DNA from: Vicugna vicugna
Lineage: Eukaryota
Length of the DNA stretch: 64,000 bases
Assembly (NCBI GenBank): GCA_013265495.1
Contig: MU060042.1
Coordinates: 4,088,258 to 4,152,257, forward strand
Reading direction: 5' to 3'
In this document: one piece after another, positions 35,625-49,040 of the stretch
Position numbering within the stretch: the first letter of the stretch is position 1
Layout: every line of letters begins with the position of its first letter
Translations under genes and position numbers: made by a program
Notes under the pieces: model-generated
Databases searched by the model: none
The model's input: only the letters and a program-made list of their open reading frames with translations
What the model was told of the DNA's origin: nothing

Positions 35625-36261
35625 GGATGCATGTGTCTTTTCAAATTACCGTTTTCTCTGGACATCTGCCCAGGAGTGGGGTTGCTGGATCATAGGGTAA
35701 GCCATANNNNNNNNNNNNNNNNNNNNNNNNNNNNNNNNNNNNNNNNNNNNNNNNNNNNNNNNNNNNNNNNNNNNNNNNNNNNNNNNNNNNNNNNNNNNNN
35801 NNNNNNNNNNNNNNNNNNNNNNNNNNNNNNNNNNNNNNNNNNNNNNNNNNNNNNNNNNNNNNNNNATTACCATGTCAAGTGAAGTAAGTCAGAGAAAGAC
35901 AAATATCATATGATATCACTTATATGTGGAATCTAAAACAATGATAACAATTCCATTTACAAGCCAAAAACAGACTCACGGGCGTAGAAAACAGACTATG
36001 GTTATCAAAGAGGAAAGGGTGGGGAGGGATAAATTTGGAGTTTGGCATTAACAGATACACATTATTATATATAGAACAGATAAACAACAAGGACCTACTG
36101 TGGCACACAGGGAACTATATTCAATTTCTTGTAACAGACAAAGAAGTATCTGAAAAGAAAATATATAGGTGTGTATGGTTGTACCTGAGCCACTCTGCTG
36201 TAACTTGAAACCAACACTGTAAAACAAGTACAGTTCAATAAAAAATTTTTTTTAATTTTAA
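35625..36261. mobile_element. L1 insertion with 5' inversion and TSD; junction lies in an assembly gap
   Basis: Minus-strand L1 at 35625-35706, plus-strand ORF2 end/3' UTR at 35866-36261; flanks aaaggtaagtacta (35611-35624) and aaaggtaactatta (36262-36275) match at 12/14. Confidence 0.8.
35707..35865. other. Assembly gap (159 N)
   Basis: Run of N. Confidence 0.98.
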
Positions 36262-39200
36262 AAAGGTAACTATTAACTCAGTCTCTTCCCATCCTGATTT
36301 ATTTTTTGTGCAGCTTCCACGTTTTAAACTTTGGGACTCATAAAACTAATCATGTCATCTCTTGGATCATGGCTTCACATTGAATAAAATTCAAACACTT
36401 TAGTTTAAAACTGAACGTTCAGTTCCTTTGACTACCCTTCCTCCATCCCACATTCTAGCTAAAATGAACAAAACATTAATTCCTCTCCAGAACTTAATTT
36501 TCTGCATCTTTGTTCTTGCTTCCTTGCTGCTCGAAATATTCAAATTTGCATTTTTCAGTGAAATCCAGTATAAGAAAAACCCTTACATTATATTCTATGT
36601 ATTCATATTTTCTCTCTCTGTAAGGGGACGAGACATTTCTTCAGAGACAGAGGAGCATGAAGGATGCGTGAAATTCCACATGATTCAATCACTTTGTACC
36701 CCCAGAGGGGAATGAAGAGCTGCTCTTTAAGGAGGAGACACTAGATTTCTTTCCAGATCCACACATGGGTCTTGATCATCTCTGCTTCTTGGAAAGATTC
36801 TGTTCAACAGAGCTCCTGATTAACATAAGAGGCAATTAAACCCTCAAGTCTAAGTCTCTTAATTTGAAGACACATTCAAATTATCTGGGAAGTTTCTCCA
36901 AATGCGTACGCCTGGCCTTCCACAGGCGTATCAGGTGAGCATCTCTGGGACTAGGGCCCCGGCCTGTCCAAGCTGAGAAACTCCCTCTGGAGGTTACTGG
37001 AGGCCATCTCTTCGGTCCTAGAGCCACACCACAGGCCCATCACTTGCTAGACTGCTTATGACAACAACTTCTATCTAATTATTTAATTGACGCCCCCTTC
37101 TAGTGTGTATTGAGTCCCAGTGCTGGACAAATAGCAGACAAGTTCCTAAGGCATTATGGCAGAATCTAGAACACGTCAAACCACCTCACTCTATTTCATC
37201 CCACTACAAAGTCTTCTGCCCAGCTTTGAGGATCAACAATTTTGGCTTCCGTTAAACTCTATGGATCTTTATGATCACTACGTTTTCTGAACATGCCGGG
37301 ACATTCACAGTGTGTATGAACGATCCTGCATTTCAACTCGTGGCAAGATTTTGAGATTTCTCCACACAAAGCTGACGACTCTAGATTTGGCAAACTGGCA
37401 ACCTTGCAAACCTCCCTTCCCCTTCCCACACTGTTTTATGTATCTTTTCCGACTAGGCCTATGCATTATTCAGAGGGTGCATCTCCATGAATGTAGAGCA
37501 GGCAGACAGTGTTCCACATACATTTTTTTGTCTTTAAGAGCTGCTCGAGGAGAGGAATACGTCCATTTAGAAGGAGGAGGGGGAGCTCATGGGTCTTTCG
37601 CAATTCTTAATTTTTCCTTCCCCAGTGCACTGTGGTCCAAACAGCGAGCATGCTCAGTCACACTTTGAGACGTTTTGTGCCACCTGGTGGAACTTTCTTG
37701 GAAGAGAATTATCAGGGGTCTGAATTACCTCTCAGCGGGGCCATCACCTGAGGTGTTCTCTCAGTGCTGAATATTACCAGTCTAAGCACAGGTTCCCTAC
37801 TGTGTCAGGCAATTTAACAGCAATAGGCCCATAATAAAGGGTTTTTTTTAATGCGAAAATTAGTCTTTAGTGAAAGAGACCTATTTTGTTAGCTGCTGGG
37901 TATATTCAGGTAACGCAGTGACATCCACACTTTGGGTCATTCTCTTCGACTCTGTTTAATACATGGAGTTGATGGCCAGCCTTCCAGCAGGCAGCCTGCA
38001 GATGCGAACACTGCTTTCCATTAGTTAGAGACAAAAGTAATTGTAATTAACCTTTTTTCCTTACCCTCACCCCCAGGAAGTCAAAACAATCTGATAATGT
38101 CATATTTAGCAATTAGTGATGTAACTGTTTACTCAAGCAGAGACTTTTACCAAACATAAAAGGGATTTTAAGAACACGTGTGCTGAAGTGATAACTGATC
38201 TGGGGGGTTGAGAGGCTCTTTGCTGAGACGCTCAAACTTGTGCCCGTGGAGGCAGCTGGGCGGAGGCACCGGGTTCCCCGTCTTCGGAGCTCCGGGCCAG
38301 GTAGCCATCCTGCTCGCCTAAGATGCTTAGCTTTTGTTCTTTCCAGGGACAGCCGTTAACTCAGTGGCCAAGCTCAGCGATGCAGAGGGCTTCAGCACCA
38401 ACAGGATTCACGGTCCCAACCCCAGTGTGTTCATACGGTCTCCTTTTATTCCCTGAGATCTATTATGAAGAGATAACAATGTCTTCTCCAAGCCAGACTG
38501 GTTGAAGCCAAGGATGCTCTTCATTTTGCCTGGAACCAAAAAGGTCCAACTAACAGAAGAACGGAATCATCCAGAAAAATCCCCAGACTTCCCCGTTCAC
38601 TAGTAACAAGCAGACGAACAAACAAACAATCCTTCTTCTCTGAAAGCAGAAACGGCTGAATAAGCAAACGGCCATGTTTTGGGAAATATTAATCCAGAAT
38701 TCCAAAGAGCACGGATGTGCGTCCTGAGTCCTCAGCGAGGCGGTGGGTGGCGGGGCAGGGCGGAGGGCAAGGATGGAGCCTAGCAACGCGAACCCAGGCG
38801 CGCTGAAGACATCGCCGTCCTGTGCTCCTCGCCTCGGAAGGTGCCTTCCTGGTGCTGACGTGGCTCTCGTTAGTCATAATCTGTTTGCTTTAATCCACGT
38901 CTGTGCAGCAGTTGCCAGGAATTCTTTCCACATTTGCTCACATCAGGACTTCTCCCTCGGCCCACACTGCAGCCGCTCTTCGCACTGCCTATAGCCCTGA
39001 CATCCCTAGCTCTTAGATTCACGCTGGCCGGCCCCTCCCGGCTGAAAGAAGCACACAGCTCTGACTGCCCTGCGCCGGCCGGGTCCCAGCGGTGCCCGAT
39101 CACGCTGCCTGCTGCTGGAGGCGGCTCCTCCCCAGCCCGCGGGGGGGACTTGCTGCACTGCACCCCCACCCGGTGTGCAGGGCCCCATTTAAGCTCGTCA

Positions 39201-40137
39201 CACAGCAGCCGCTTAGGTATCCTTTTGTCACCTAACATCTATTTTCCATAAATATCCATGGCAGCAACATCACTTGAGTACTTGTTGACGGGCTGTGTTC
39301 CTTGGCTCCGTTTTATGGTCATGAAAAATAAGGGACAGGAACGGAGGATCCTAGCTTGCCACCACTGCTCCAGCTTAATCCAAAAAGGGAGATATGGTGG
39401 TATCACCATAGGGCTGAAAAATTGGGCTATTAGATCAAGAATTTGGAAACCACAGGCATGAGGGGGAAAAAGCATGTGGAAGTTACTCTCTAAAAAAAAT
39501 CCGTGTGATTTGAGGCTCTCTGAACGTCAATTTTCCTATGTGGAAAAAACAGCAACAGACAAACAAAACGAAACAAAAACCAGAGCTCCTTGTACCTCCT
39601 TTGTAGAATCACTGGAGGAATTGGATACAAGTTGCACAGATTAAGTGGCCCAAAGTCTGATGAGAAACAAAAGCTCAGAGCAAACATAATGGATATTGCC
39701 ATTACTAATGACTATGAACATTATAAAGCAAAGAAAGCCATCACTTCCTTCAAAACCCCAAAACGGAGAGGACGAGAATAAAAATGGGGGAGAATGAAAG
39801 CAGAGTCGGCGTTAGGCCGGCAGGGATGATGTGTGTGAGTGCTGGACGGCTCCGGGCCACTTCTAAATAGTATTACCCAAAGGGTTATGTGCAGTCCACT
39901 GAGCTGACCAGGCCAAGCCGAGTGTGCGGGGTCTGTGCTGTGTCACGTGCAGTTCACGCCAGTGCGTGACACTCAGCACGTGGCGGGGGGGGCGCTTACC
40001 CAGGGCCGTAAGTTTGATTCTTCCCAATGGTCTACCTTCCAGATACCTTAATAAGACCAGGAAAGAGTCACATAGCTTCCCCGGTTATTCATGTGCCAGC
40101 TCCTGTTGGAAGGGGAAGTTTGATCCATCGGTTTGAA

Positions 40138-40358
40138 CAGGGGTCAGTAAACCAGGCCTTTGGGCCAAATCCTGCCCACTTCCTGCTTTTTGTAAATAAA
40201 GTTTTATTGGAACGCAGGCACTCCCGTTGATGTGCATATTACCTACGGCTGCTTCACGTGACAACAGCAGAGCTGAGCAGACGTGACAGAGACCATCCAG
40301 CCCACAAAGCCTAAAAACACTTACTGCCTGACCTTGATAGAGCAAGTGCTGGCGCCTG
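40138..40358. mobile_element. hAT-Charlie MITE MER58A
   Basis: caggggtcagtaaac...gggccaaatcctgcccacttcctgctttttgtaaataaagttttattggaac...cagagaccatccagcccacaaagcctaaaa...ggcgcctg. Confidence 0.9.
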
Positions 40359-40923
40359 TTCTAGAATCTAAACAAAATCGACCAACAAATTAAAAAAAAA
40401 ATAGTAAACCACAGTTTGTCAAGCAAGTTTTTGTTGAGTTGGGGGAATAGCTTCGCATGTGAAAAGCCAGAGAGCTCTTCGGGTTTGCTCTCTGGTCTAC
40501 TCGTTTTTCGGGAAAGGGTGAGTTACCAGTGTGCAAACCGTGCTGGAGGTGCCCATGAGGAGCTGAATTCCTGATTTAAAACAGAGAAACAAGCAGAGGA
40601 AAGGAAGATCCGCCTCGTGAATGTCCACAAGCCCAGACAGTGGCCGAGAAGCACTGAGCTTCAGTTCCTCATCCCCGTTCTTCCCCAGAGAGAAGAACAC
40701 ACTTACCCAGAACACTGGGGATAAACGAGGAGTCCTGTGTCCCCCAAATGTACAGTTCTGAAGAAAACGGAGGCCTGAAGTGTCTATAGGGACTCCATCG
40801 CACAGAAAGCTCAGCCTGGACTAAAGATGTCCAAAGACGGAACTTAATTTTAGAGAAGTGAAACCAAGAAATCACCCTAATTAATAAGGAAAAAGTTCCC
40901 CTGAAGGAAAGAAGACAAAAGGT

Positions 40924-41107
40924 GGGGGAGGGTACAGCTCGGCGGCAGAGCGCGTGCTTAGCACGCACCAGGTCCTGGGTTCAATCCCCAGTCCCTCCAC
41001 CAAAATAAGTAAGCAAATAAGTAAACCCAATTATCTCCCTCACAAACAAAAATAAAACAAAAAACGAGTAAGTAAAATTTAAAATGTTTCTTTAAAAGAA
41101 TAAAAAA
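40924..41107 (+). mobile_element. tRNA-Ala-derived camelid-type SINE
   Basis: gggggagggtacagctcggcggcagagcgcgtgcttagcacgcaccaggtcctgggttcaatccccagt, then aaacccaattatctccc and an A-rich tail. Confidence 0.92.
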
Positions 41108-41752
41108 GAAGTAAAAACGCATCACGCCAAGAAGGACACGCAGCAACGAACTATTAAGAAAAGAGGAGTTTCACAGATTTTTTTTTTTTCATATGGAAAG
41201 CTTTTTCCTAAGGGGCTGCCTAAGGCTTTCCTATCCCGCTAGCTGGCCTGCAACTGGGTGGCTAGGTCCGCAGAAGAAACCTTCCTTCTCTTAAAACAAT
41301 TTTAAAAATTAAAAATAAATTTAAAATGTTTTAAATTTAAGAAAAAAGAAACCTCCCTTCTTTGAACTCTTAGACCTCAAGGTAAGATTTCTGCAGCCCC
41401 TGCCCTCCCTCCGCACTTCTCCACCTGGTTCCAGCCTTGCAGCGAGCAGGCGGCCCAGGTCTGGGGGAAGAAGGAGAACCCAGGAGTGGGGCCGAGTCTC
41501 GTCCTCCCTGCCTCCATGAGACCTGATTCCCAGTGTCCTAGCTCCTGCTCCCTCAGACCACGGGAGAGCCTCGCTGCGGCCTTGTTCCCCGGGGCCTAGG
41601 ACCCCCACGCCGGTAACACCTGAGGCCAGATTCTAAGGGACACAGAGACCCCCTCTGAGGAGGCCGCTGCGGACACCTGCATAAGCCTTCTCACTGTGAA
41701 CACCCTCTACCCTGGGAGAGAATGGAAGGTGTTCGAAGGCTGCGGGGCTGGG

Positions 41753-41856
41753 TTTTTTTTCTTTTTTAAACTTTTTTGCTTTGTTTTTAAATTTTATTTA
41801 TTTATTTTGGGTTTTTTTTGGAGGGGAGAGGTAATTAGGTTTTTATTTATTTTTAA
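41753..41856 (-). mobile_element. SINE 3' half (tail only)
   Basis: T-rich tail plus ggaggggagaggtaattaggtttttatttatttttaa; the tRNA-like head is absent here. Confidence 0.8.
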
Positions 41857-42045
41857 CACCTTATTGCGGTATAGTTTCTGCACAGTAAAATACACATATC
41901 TCAGCTGTACAATTTGATGAATTTTGATGGATGTCCACACCCATGAAACCACCACCACAATCAAGATAGCTAACATTTCTATCACTCCCCAAGAGATGCA
42001 AATTTTGAAGTCTCTATTTATCCCTTCCCACCTCCTTTACCCCTG
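41857..42045 (-). mobile_element. L1MB-type 3' end
   Basis: ccttattgcggtatagttt...gtacaatttgatgaattttga...cccatgaaaccaccaccacaatcaagatagctaacatttctatcactcccc. Confidence 0.8.
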
Positions 42046-42064
42046 GTAAATTAAAAAAAAAAAA

Positions 42065-42146
42065 TTTTAATGGCAACACTGGGGATTGAACCCAGGACCT
42101 CGTGCATGCTCAGCACGACGCTACCACTGAGCTGCTCGCCCCACCC
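42065..42146 (-). mobile_element. SINE 5' half (tRNA-like head only)
   Basis: ttttaatggcaacactggggattgaacccaggacctcgtgcatgctcagcacgacgctaccactgagct. Confidence 0.85.
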
Positions 42147-45100
42147 TGGGGTTTTTGTAATTGTAGACTACACATTTGCTGTTTTCCTTTCTGTCGATAA
42201 ACTGGAAGAACACAGGGCAGCCATTAAAAACCAGATAACTAAAGAGCTTTCAATGCTCATGATATGTTAGTTCAAAAAAGGAAGGCACATCACACCAAAA
42301 TGTCGCCTGTTCTCCTTCCTGAGTGGTGGGATCTGGCTGCTTTTTCCCCGTAATTTCCGTACTCTCTGTGTGGATTGATGCTGTTGTCATCACTCGAAGA
42401 AATGTAATAGACATTACCAACGCTTAATCCATCCTCCGGAGTCACCGAGGCCGCCGGTGTACTCAGAGTGGCGGGGCCCCGGGGACCATCAGGTCCTCCC
42501 CGTGCAGGGCCTGGTTTCCTGCGTGTCTGGGGCAGGTTGTGCACCTCGGGAATTCTGACAGCCCCACATGTGCCCAGGACTCCTCCCATCATCCACACCT
42601 GGTGCAAAGTCACACTGAGAGGCGGGCTTTTACTTAAGTCACACTTCTGCCTTCAGTTCCTTGTTACTGCCCCTTCAACATTCCTCTCAGCCAGCAACAC
42701 TTGCGGCTCAAAAATCATCACTGCACCAAATGCACCTTTGAAGTGTGCTTCATGATCTTTACCAGGAGATGAATTAATCACCTAACATGCATGTGATCCT
42801 CAGCAGTAAATGCCTCCGGGGACGGAGGTGTGTATCTCACTTTGTGAAGCTTTAGATCAGCAAATACAAGAGCTGATGGTCCTGATGGCGAGAGAGAGGC
42901 CAAGTTACTCTTCTTGTAACAGAGTATGTTTGGCAAGACGAAGGAGACCAGGGCTACAGTCCCAAAGGGTCAATCATTTCAAAAAAGCCATTTTAGGTAA
43001 ATAACAATTTAAAAGATAAGTATCTTTTGATGTAGGGGCCGATGGATCATTTACTTGGTTGCCATGTTAAGTTACATCCAACACTCTCTTTTGAATTCTT
43101 TGGTCAATCTCTCTAGCTCATTCTCTCTCCAAGCTCCCCGTCTCCTGCAGACTCCCTCAGCTTCTCTGAGCCACAGCCCAGGTTTTTATGCATTAGACAT
43201 CCTTTTCTGTCCTGTAAATCGTTCCGAAAACTTTCCTCCATCCGGACAGTCTTGTAGCCTTCTCGGTACCAGTCATATCTGCACAAATGGAATTTTTACT
43301 GCTGGCTGCCATCCCTTTATGGCTGGCTTAGGCTGTAAACTCTTCAGGGCTGGGGCCTTGGCTTTTTATGTTCCATAAAGTCATGTGGATACCTGCAGCC
43401 ATCAACAGTGCTGAAAGGGGAGAAGGTTTGTGCTCTTTACCCTGTCTGTCTACCCCCTCACCCCACCCGGAGAAGAAGCCATTTCAGCGGGGCGTCCTAA
43501 ACCCTAAGTCGGAGAAGCCAGCTGCAGAACAAAGACGTCCCCCAGTTCCCGAGGTTATCTGGAAGGGTGGCTCGTGTGTTCCCTAAAACCAGGGAAGCTG
43601 AAGTCCATCCACCAAAAAGAAACAGATGACACACGGCTCAGTGGAACGCCTTGGCCAACGACTCATTAGATGGAAACAAATTTAGGTGCCTGTGATCAAA
43701 AAGGTGAATGTGCCCTTTAGGGATGAAGATTTAACTGACGATAGTCAGCTTGGATGGCAAACTTGAAAGGGATACGTTTGAGAAGAAAATCAACACTGGT
43801 CATTAACAGGAGTTGAAAAATTTCCAAGTCAGGATAAACAGAACAGTAGACAAGTCAGGCAAAGACTGGTCTGTGTGTGCAGCTGGCTTGCTGGTGGCGC
43901 TGGCTGCTCGGGCAGGATTTGTGCTTGTGGGGGAGGCTCACACCTGAATACTCGTTTGGGGGTTATTACCTTGGATGTCCTTTCTAAGTTTAGGCCGAGT
44001 TCTTGGCTTATCACAACTTTGGAGGCCAAATGCCTGGCTCTGTCCCACTCCGAGCCCTGCGCGAACTTGGGCACAGCCTCCAGGATTCACTGAGGGAAAC
44101 AGAGGAGGCAGTGGTCTCCACAAGCCCCTGGCCCCGTGTCCCTGCTCAGTAAACAGTCCCCACTGTTCCCCTACAGATGCTCTCGGGGGAAGAGGGACCG
44201 GCTCTGTAGCTCTGTGTCCGCGTTGTCTCTCGGGCTTGTGGTGCACACACAGCCACGCGGCGTGGGCTCCGCTCTCAGTCACTAATTGTGAGTGTGCCTC
44301 CCTCCCCTCCAACGTCTGCAACTCCTCCTGGGTAGAGTCTTACACGACCACTTGTGATTGATTTAACATGTTTGAAACCGCTTTGTTCCCCTATTCTCTG
44401 ACTTAATAATAGCGTTCTTTGATGTATAAATTGTGCTGCTATGTATCTGAAAATGATATTCTCCCAGCGTTGTCAGTTACGATAGTTTACTTTGCAATCC
44501 ATCAAGTGGTTTTGAATTTCTACCTCTGTGCTACAACCCACATATGCAAGAGGGAAAAACAGAAAACAGTGAACAAAACGGGCTCGCAGAGGGAATCCGC
44601 CACGGAGACTCCAGCAGCCTCTCTGCTTCCCCAGTCACCCCTGGCCTCACCCGTGGCCACGGGCCCTTCCTACTCTTTCCTGCCACTGGGACCAGCAGCA
44701 GCAAAGGAGGGGTCCCCGTTTCCCCTGTGGAGCTTCATGGGGGGAACACACATCCTCAGTAGCCCAAGTTGAAGCTCCAAGTGAGAAATACAAGCATGTC
44801 ACAAGGTGTTTGTGTGATGTCAGCACTAGAGTCAGGGTCCCAAGGGGTGGCGGGCAGAGCAGGCCAGGAGGGGCCGGAAGACGGATGGGGAGACAGAGCA
44901 GAAGCCACGCATCTCCAGAGTCAGGGCAAGAAGCTCAGGGGCCACAGAGAAGGGCAGGGGAAAGATGGGATGTCTTCCCATCAAAGGTCCGAGTCCAGAT
45001 AGCTGATCAAACCAAAGGAGAGGCAAGAGTCACAGCTGAGAACTTGGTCAGAGTCTGCATTGAGTGACCCAGTAGGCAGGGTCAGACGGTCAAGTGAGGC

Positions 45101-45489
45101 TGGCGGAGAGGCCTGGTGGGGGCAGCACTGAGCCGAGCGCCAGCAGCATCTGCCCGACGTGGTGACTTCACTTCACCCACCTTTGTCTTAGTTAATGGAC
45201 GCAACTGGACTGCAGCCTTCCCGCCTCCGAAACTCCGTAATTCTATGACTCAGTACCAGATGCGAGTTTGTGAACTCACCCCGTGCTGTTGGGGCGGAGG
45301 AAGACGAAAAGCCCCACCGTGTGCCTGTTCCAGGCAAGACCCAAGAAAAAAAAAGGAGAAGAAGCAGATGCGAGCTTGGGACCATCCCCGAGGCCACGGA
45401 CCAGGCACCGCCGCGCGTTACCGCCCTGCACACTGGGCGCAGACTTCTGTCTCGCTTTCACGCGGCTGCCATTGTGTTAAAGAAAAGTT

Positions 45490-45560
45490 CTAAGCTGAAC
45501 ACCAGAAACTAACACAACATTGTAAATCGACCGTGCTTCAGTTAAGACAAAGAAGAAGAA
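45490..45560 (+). mobile_element. Very short L1 3' end
   Basis: gctgaacaccagaaactaacacaacattgtaaatcgaccgtgcttcagttaa. Confidence 0.75.
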
Positions 45561-46089
45561 AGGTCTCCCAAAGTCAATGTCTGAGCTCAGAGCTCAGCCA
45601 GTTCCCACTCAGAGGACGACCCTCGAACCCTCTGGGAGGCCTTGGCTGCGGTTTTCTTAGCCTGTTTCTTATTTTTCTAAAATGCAAGAAGATTTATTTT
45701 CATTTTTTGAAAAAGCAAAATCATCGATGACATTCAAGAAAATAAGGTTTTGCATATCGGCTGGAGGGTCCCTTTCCTGGGGTCACACCACTCCGGGTGG
45801 TGTTGTTGGAGGCCTTCGGGGGAGCATCAGTGTGGCCACTGGAGACTGGTCATCTTTGACTGATTGATTTGCAAAGGTCTACTCTGAAATCTAGCACTTG
45901 TAGGTCTCTCTGAACTATGCATAATTATTAGCAATTAAAATTTAACCATTCTGTTTCCTCTTAACTGAGATATACTTATTTCAAAATATCAACATGGTTT
46001 TCAAAACGTTGGAAGAGTCTCTCAGATGGTTTCAAATCAGATTTTAAAACAGAGAATATAATTTGTAATGTTTTATTAATTCTGGTTGG

Positions 46090-46262
46090 TTTTTTTTAAC
46101 ATTTTTTATTGATTTATAATCATTTTACAATGTTATGTCAAATTCCAGTGTTCAGCACAATTTTTCAGTCATTCATGGACATATACACACTCATTGTCAC
46201 ATTTTTTTCTCTGTGAGTTATCATAACATTTTGTGTGTATTTCCCTGTGCTATACAGTGTAA
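46090..46262 (-). mobile_element. L1 3' end, different subfamily
   Basis: ttttttattgatttataatcattttacaatgttatgtcaaattccagtgttcagcac...tttccctgtgctatacagtg. Confidence 0.8.
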
Positions 46263-48554
46263 TGCCGGTTGGTTTTTAAACTACACGTTAGTTTCACAGG
46301 GGATGTTTCCCCCCCAAAATGCAAAGTTTTCCCTTTTTTCAAATTCAGAATAATCACTACATTCTGATTCAATGGTGTATGCCGGGCCTAGTGATATGAA
46401 TCCCTGTGGAAGGTTTTTCTTGTTTATAACCGTGTCTTGCTAAACTTGCCCACGCCATTCGGCACAGAACTACTGATGGATTTTGTAGTCACATTTTTCT
46501 TTCAGTTTTTTTTAGATCACTGTAAAACAGACCTTTTTAGAGATATTATTTAATAGAAAGAAATGCAGAGACTCAAGAATTTCAGAACCTCAAGAAATGA
46601 ATATAAGTTATAAAAATTAACATGCAACTGATACAGCTTGGTCAGGAAAAAAATACTGTTAACTTCAAAAGATTTGCTTTTAACATAAATTAAGGTTTTG
46701 CTTTTCATTCAAGAAAACAGAAAGAGGCTGGTACCTAGGACTCAAGCATTATTTTCAAACTAGGGTGAGCTGCATTGAAGCATACCAGCCAACTGGACCG
46801 AGACATTCCCTGTGGGTCTGGAGCAGCGCAGGCAGATCTCTAGCTCAAGTGCTCGGCGATCTGGATGAGAAGATATACAAGATGCTCTCGAGGTCATTAC
46901 TCAATGTGTGTAAAATGAATAGATATTAACACTGACCTATAATAAGAGAAGAAATGCAGTGTGGAACCTTTCCAAATCCAAATGTGATGTAGGCACTTTT
47001 TCGGTGTTTCCACAGCATCCCTGTGTCTGGTACCCTCGTCTTTATAATAAAGTTACTTATTATCTGTCTTCAGCATTGTTGAACTTCAAGCTAACAGCAA
47101 GAACAAAGATCGTGTCTCATGTTCTGTGACTTTAGCACCTTGCCTCGTGTGTAAGAAGCGCTTGCTGTGCGTTACTAGATTCCTGAGGTCTTTTGGGTAG
47201 GACGCTTCAGAGCGAAGCCTCGTGTGCTTGGTGTGGCGACTGTGGCAACACGATACTTGATCTGATGCTGGGGACACCATTCCACCAACAGCCCTCGGGG
47301 ATTACTTGGCATCTGAGGCTGAAGTCCATTGCCGAGGGAGATGGGAACGAATCTTGCCTGAAAGCCACACACTGTAAAAATTCACAGAGGAACAGAGGTG
47401 GGGGAAGTGAAGATAAAAAAGCCAGAAAAATCACATTTCTTCTCGCATTTTATTTCTAGCATTTCTTAGTTGTTGGTATGTCTTTCAGAAACAAAGTGGG
47501 AGAAACCAATTCGAACATCCCATTTAGGATTAAACGTCTGCTGGTAGCACTCCAAGCTGACCGTCAAAGGTCACTATTTCAGCACTTCATCCTGCCTTTT
47601 TTTTTAAATCCTCCTGCACTGACTTTATTTTATCATTTTCAATACCTATTTAAGTAATTCAGCCCACTCAATTATTCTTTAACAAATTTTTTATCGATGA
47701 CCTCTCTCAAGTATGGTGTGCGGTTGCCTGCTATTAGCTTAATGTTGTACAATTAATATCTTCTCGGTATCCTTTCTTCACTCAACAAGCAGTCCTGGTA
47801 AGGGGGCCAACCTATCTTTTAAAGGTAAACCTTGTCCAGTTCAACCCAAGAATGAAATCACCAGAGATCTATTATTTCTGGGAACAGAATATTCCCATTT
47901 GCATAAAATATTCTTCCTTTGACGGGTTGCCAGGAAGAAACGCCTCACACCCATTCTTCACGGCACTCTTCTCCGGCACTGAGAATAGAAGAAATTACCA
48001 TGGTGGCCTTAACACTATCATTCTCTCCCCTTGCACCTCCTGCCCCCCTCCCCCATTTACAGGACCATGCCTCTCGGGGAGCTCTGTCACTGAAACGCCC
48101 AGACAATGGACAAAGGGGAGCCTCTTGCCTAATGTAATCTCACACTCAGGAAACTGGTTCATAGGTTGGAATATTAGAGTCAAATGTAGAGCCTCTAACC
48201 CTTGGGCTGGTTGAGACATAATGGGTAGAGTCAAAATTTAAATAAAATTTAAATCTGAACAAAGGGGAATGTAGTCAAAGGTAAGTCAAATGATCTACAA
48301 GCTTAGGGACAAGGGGGGCAGCAGACCAGCAGCACGCTTAGACACCCCGTCAGAAAAAGGGGAAGCAGCTGCCAGGCGGTTGCTGTAACGTTAACAATAA
48401 CACGGCTCGTAGAAGAACGAATGTCTTTCTTTAAAACGTAAGTGGGCAAGATTACGTTTCTAAATAGCAGAGTTCTTGTCCATGAAGAAACGGGAGCATT
48501 AACACTTAGGAATAAAGACTTCCTTTCTCAACAGGCACGTGTGATAGTTTTGCT

Positions 48555-49040
48555 TTGTTAATTTTTGATTGAAGTGTAGCTGATTTACAATGTGACTTTC
48601 AGGTTGCAGCAGGGTGACTTACATTTTTTGTATTTGTATAATTCTCAGATTATACATATACATACACATGTATATTCTCTTTTCAGATGCTTTTCCATTG
48701 TATGTTATTGTAAGAAATCGAACAGAGTTCCCTGTGCTCTGCAGTAGGTCCTTGCTGTTTACCTATTTTATATAAATTAATGTGCATCTGTTAATCCCCA
48801 ACCCCTAATTTATCCCTTCCTGCCCCTTCCCCTTTGGTAGCCATAGTTTGTTTTCTTCGTCCATGAGTCTGTTTTTGGTTTGTAAATAGAATTTGTATCA
48901 TTTTTTTCAGATTCCACATATAAGTGATCTCATATGATATTTGTCTTTCTCTGTCTGACTTACTTCACTCAATAGGACAATCTCTAGGTCCATCCATGTT
49001 GCTGCAAATGGCATTGTTTCATTCTTTTTTTATGGCTGAG
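48555..49040 (-). mobile_element. 5'-truncated L1 (3' UTR and ORF2 end)
   Basis: gattgaagtgtagctgatttacaatg...agttccctgtgctctgcagtaggtccttgc...agattccacatataagtga...catccatgttgctgcaaatggca. Confidence 0.92.

Noticed and set aside
40924-41000. tRNA-Ala-like sequences (also 9752, 42065, 57998)
   Set aside because: Diverged, followed by a shared non-tRNA body and A-rich tail: SINEs, not tRNA genes.
47086-47434. Cluster of overlapping minus-strand ORFs
   Set aside because: No frame gave a recognisable protein and no convincing donor was found.
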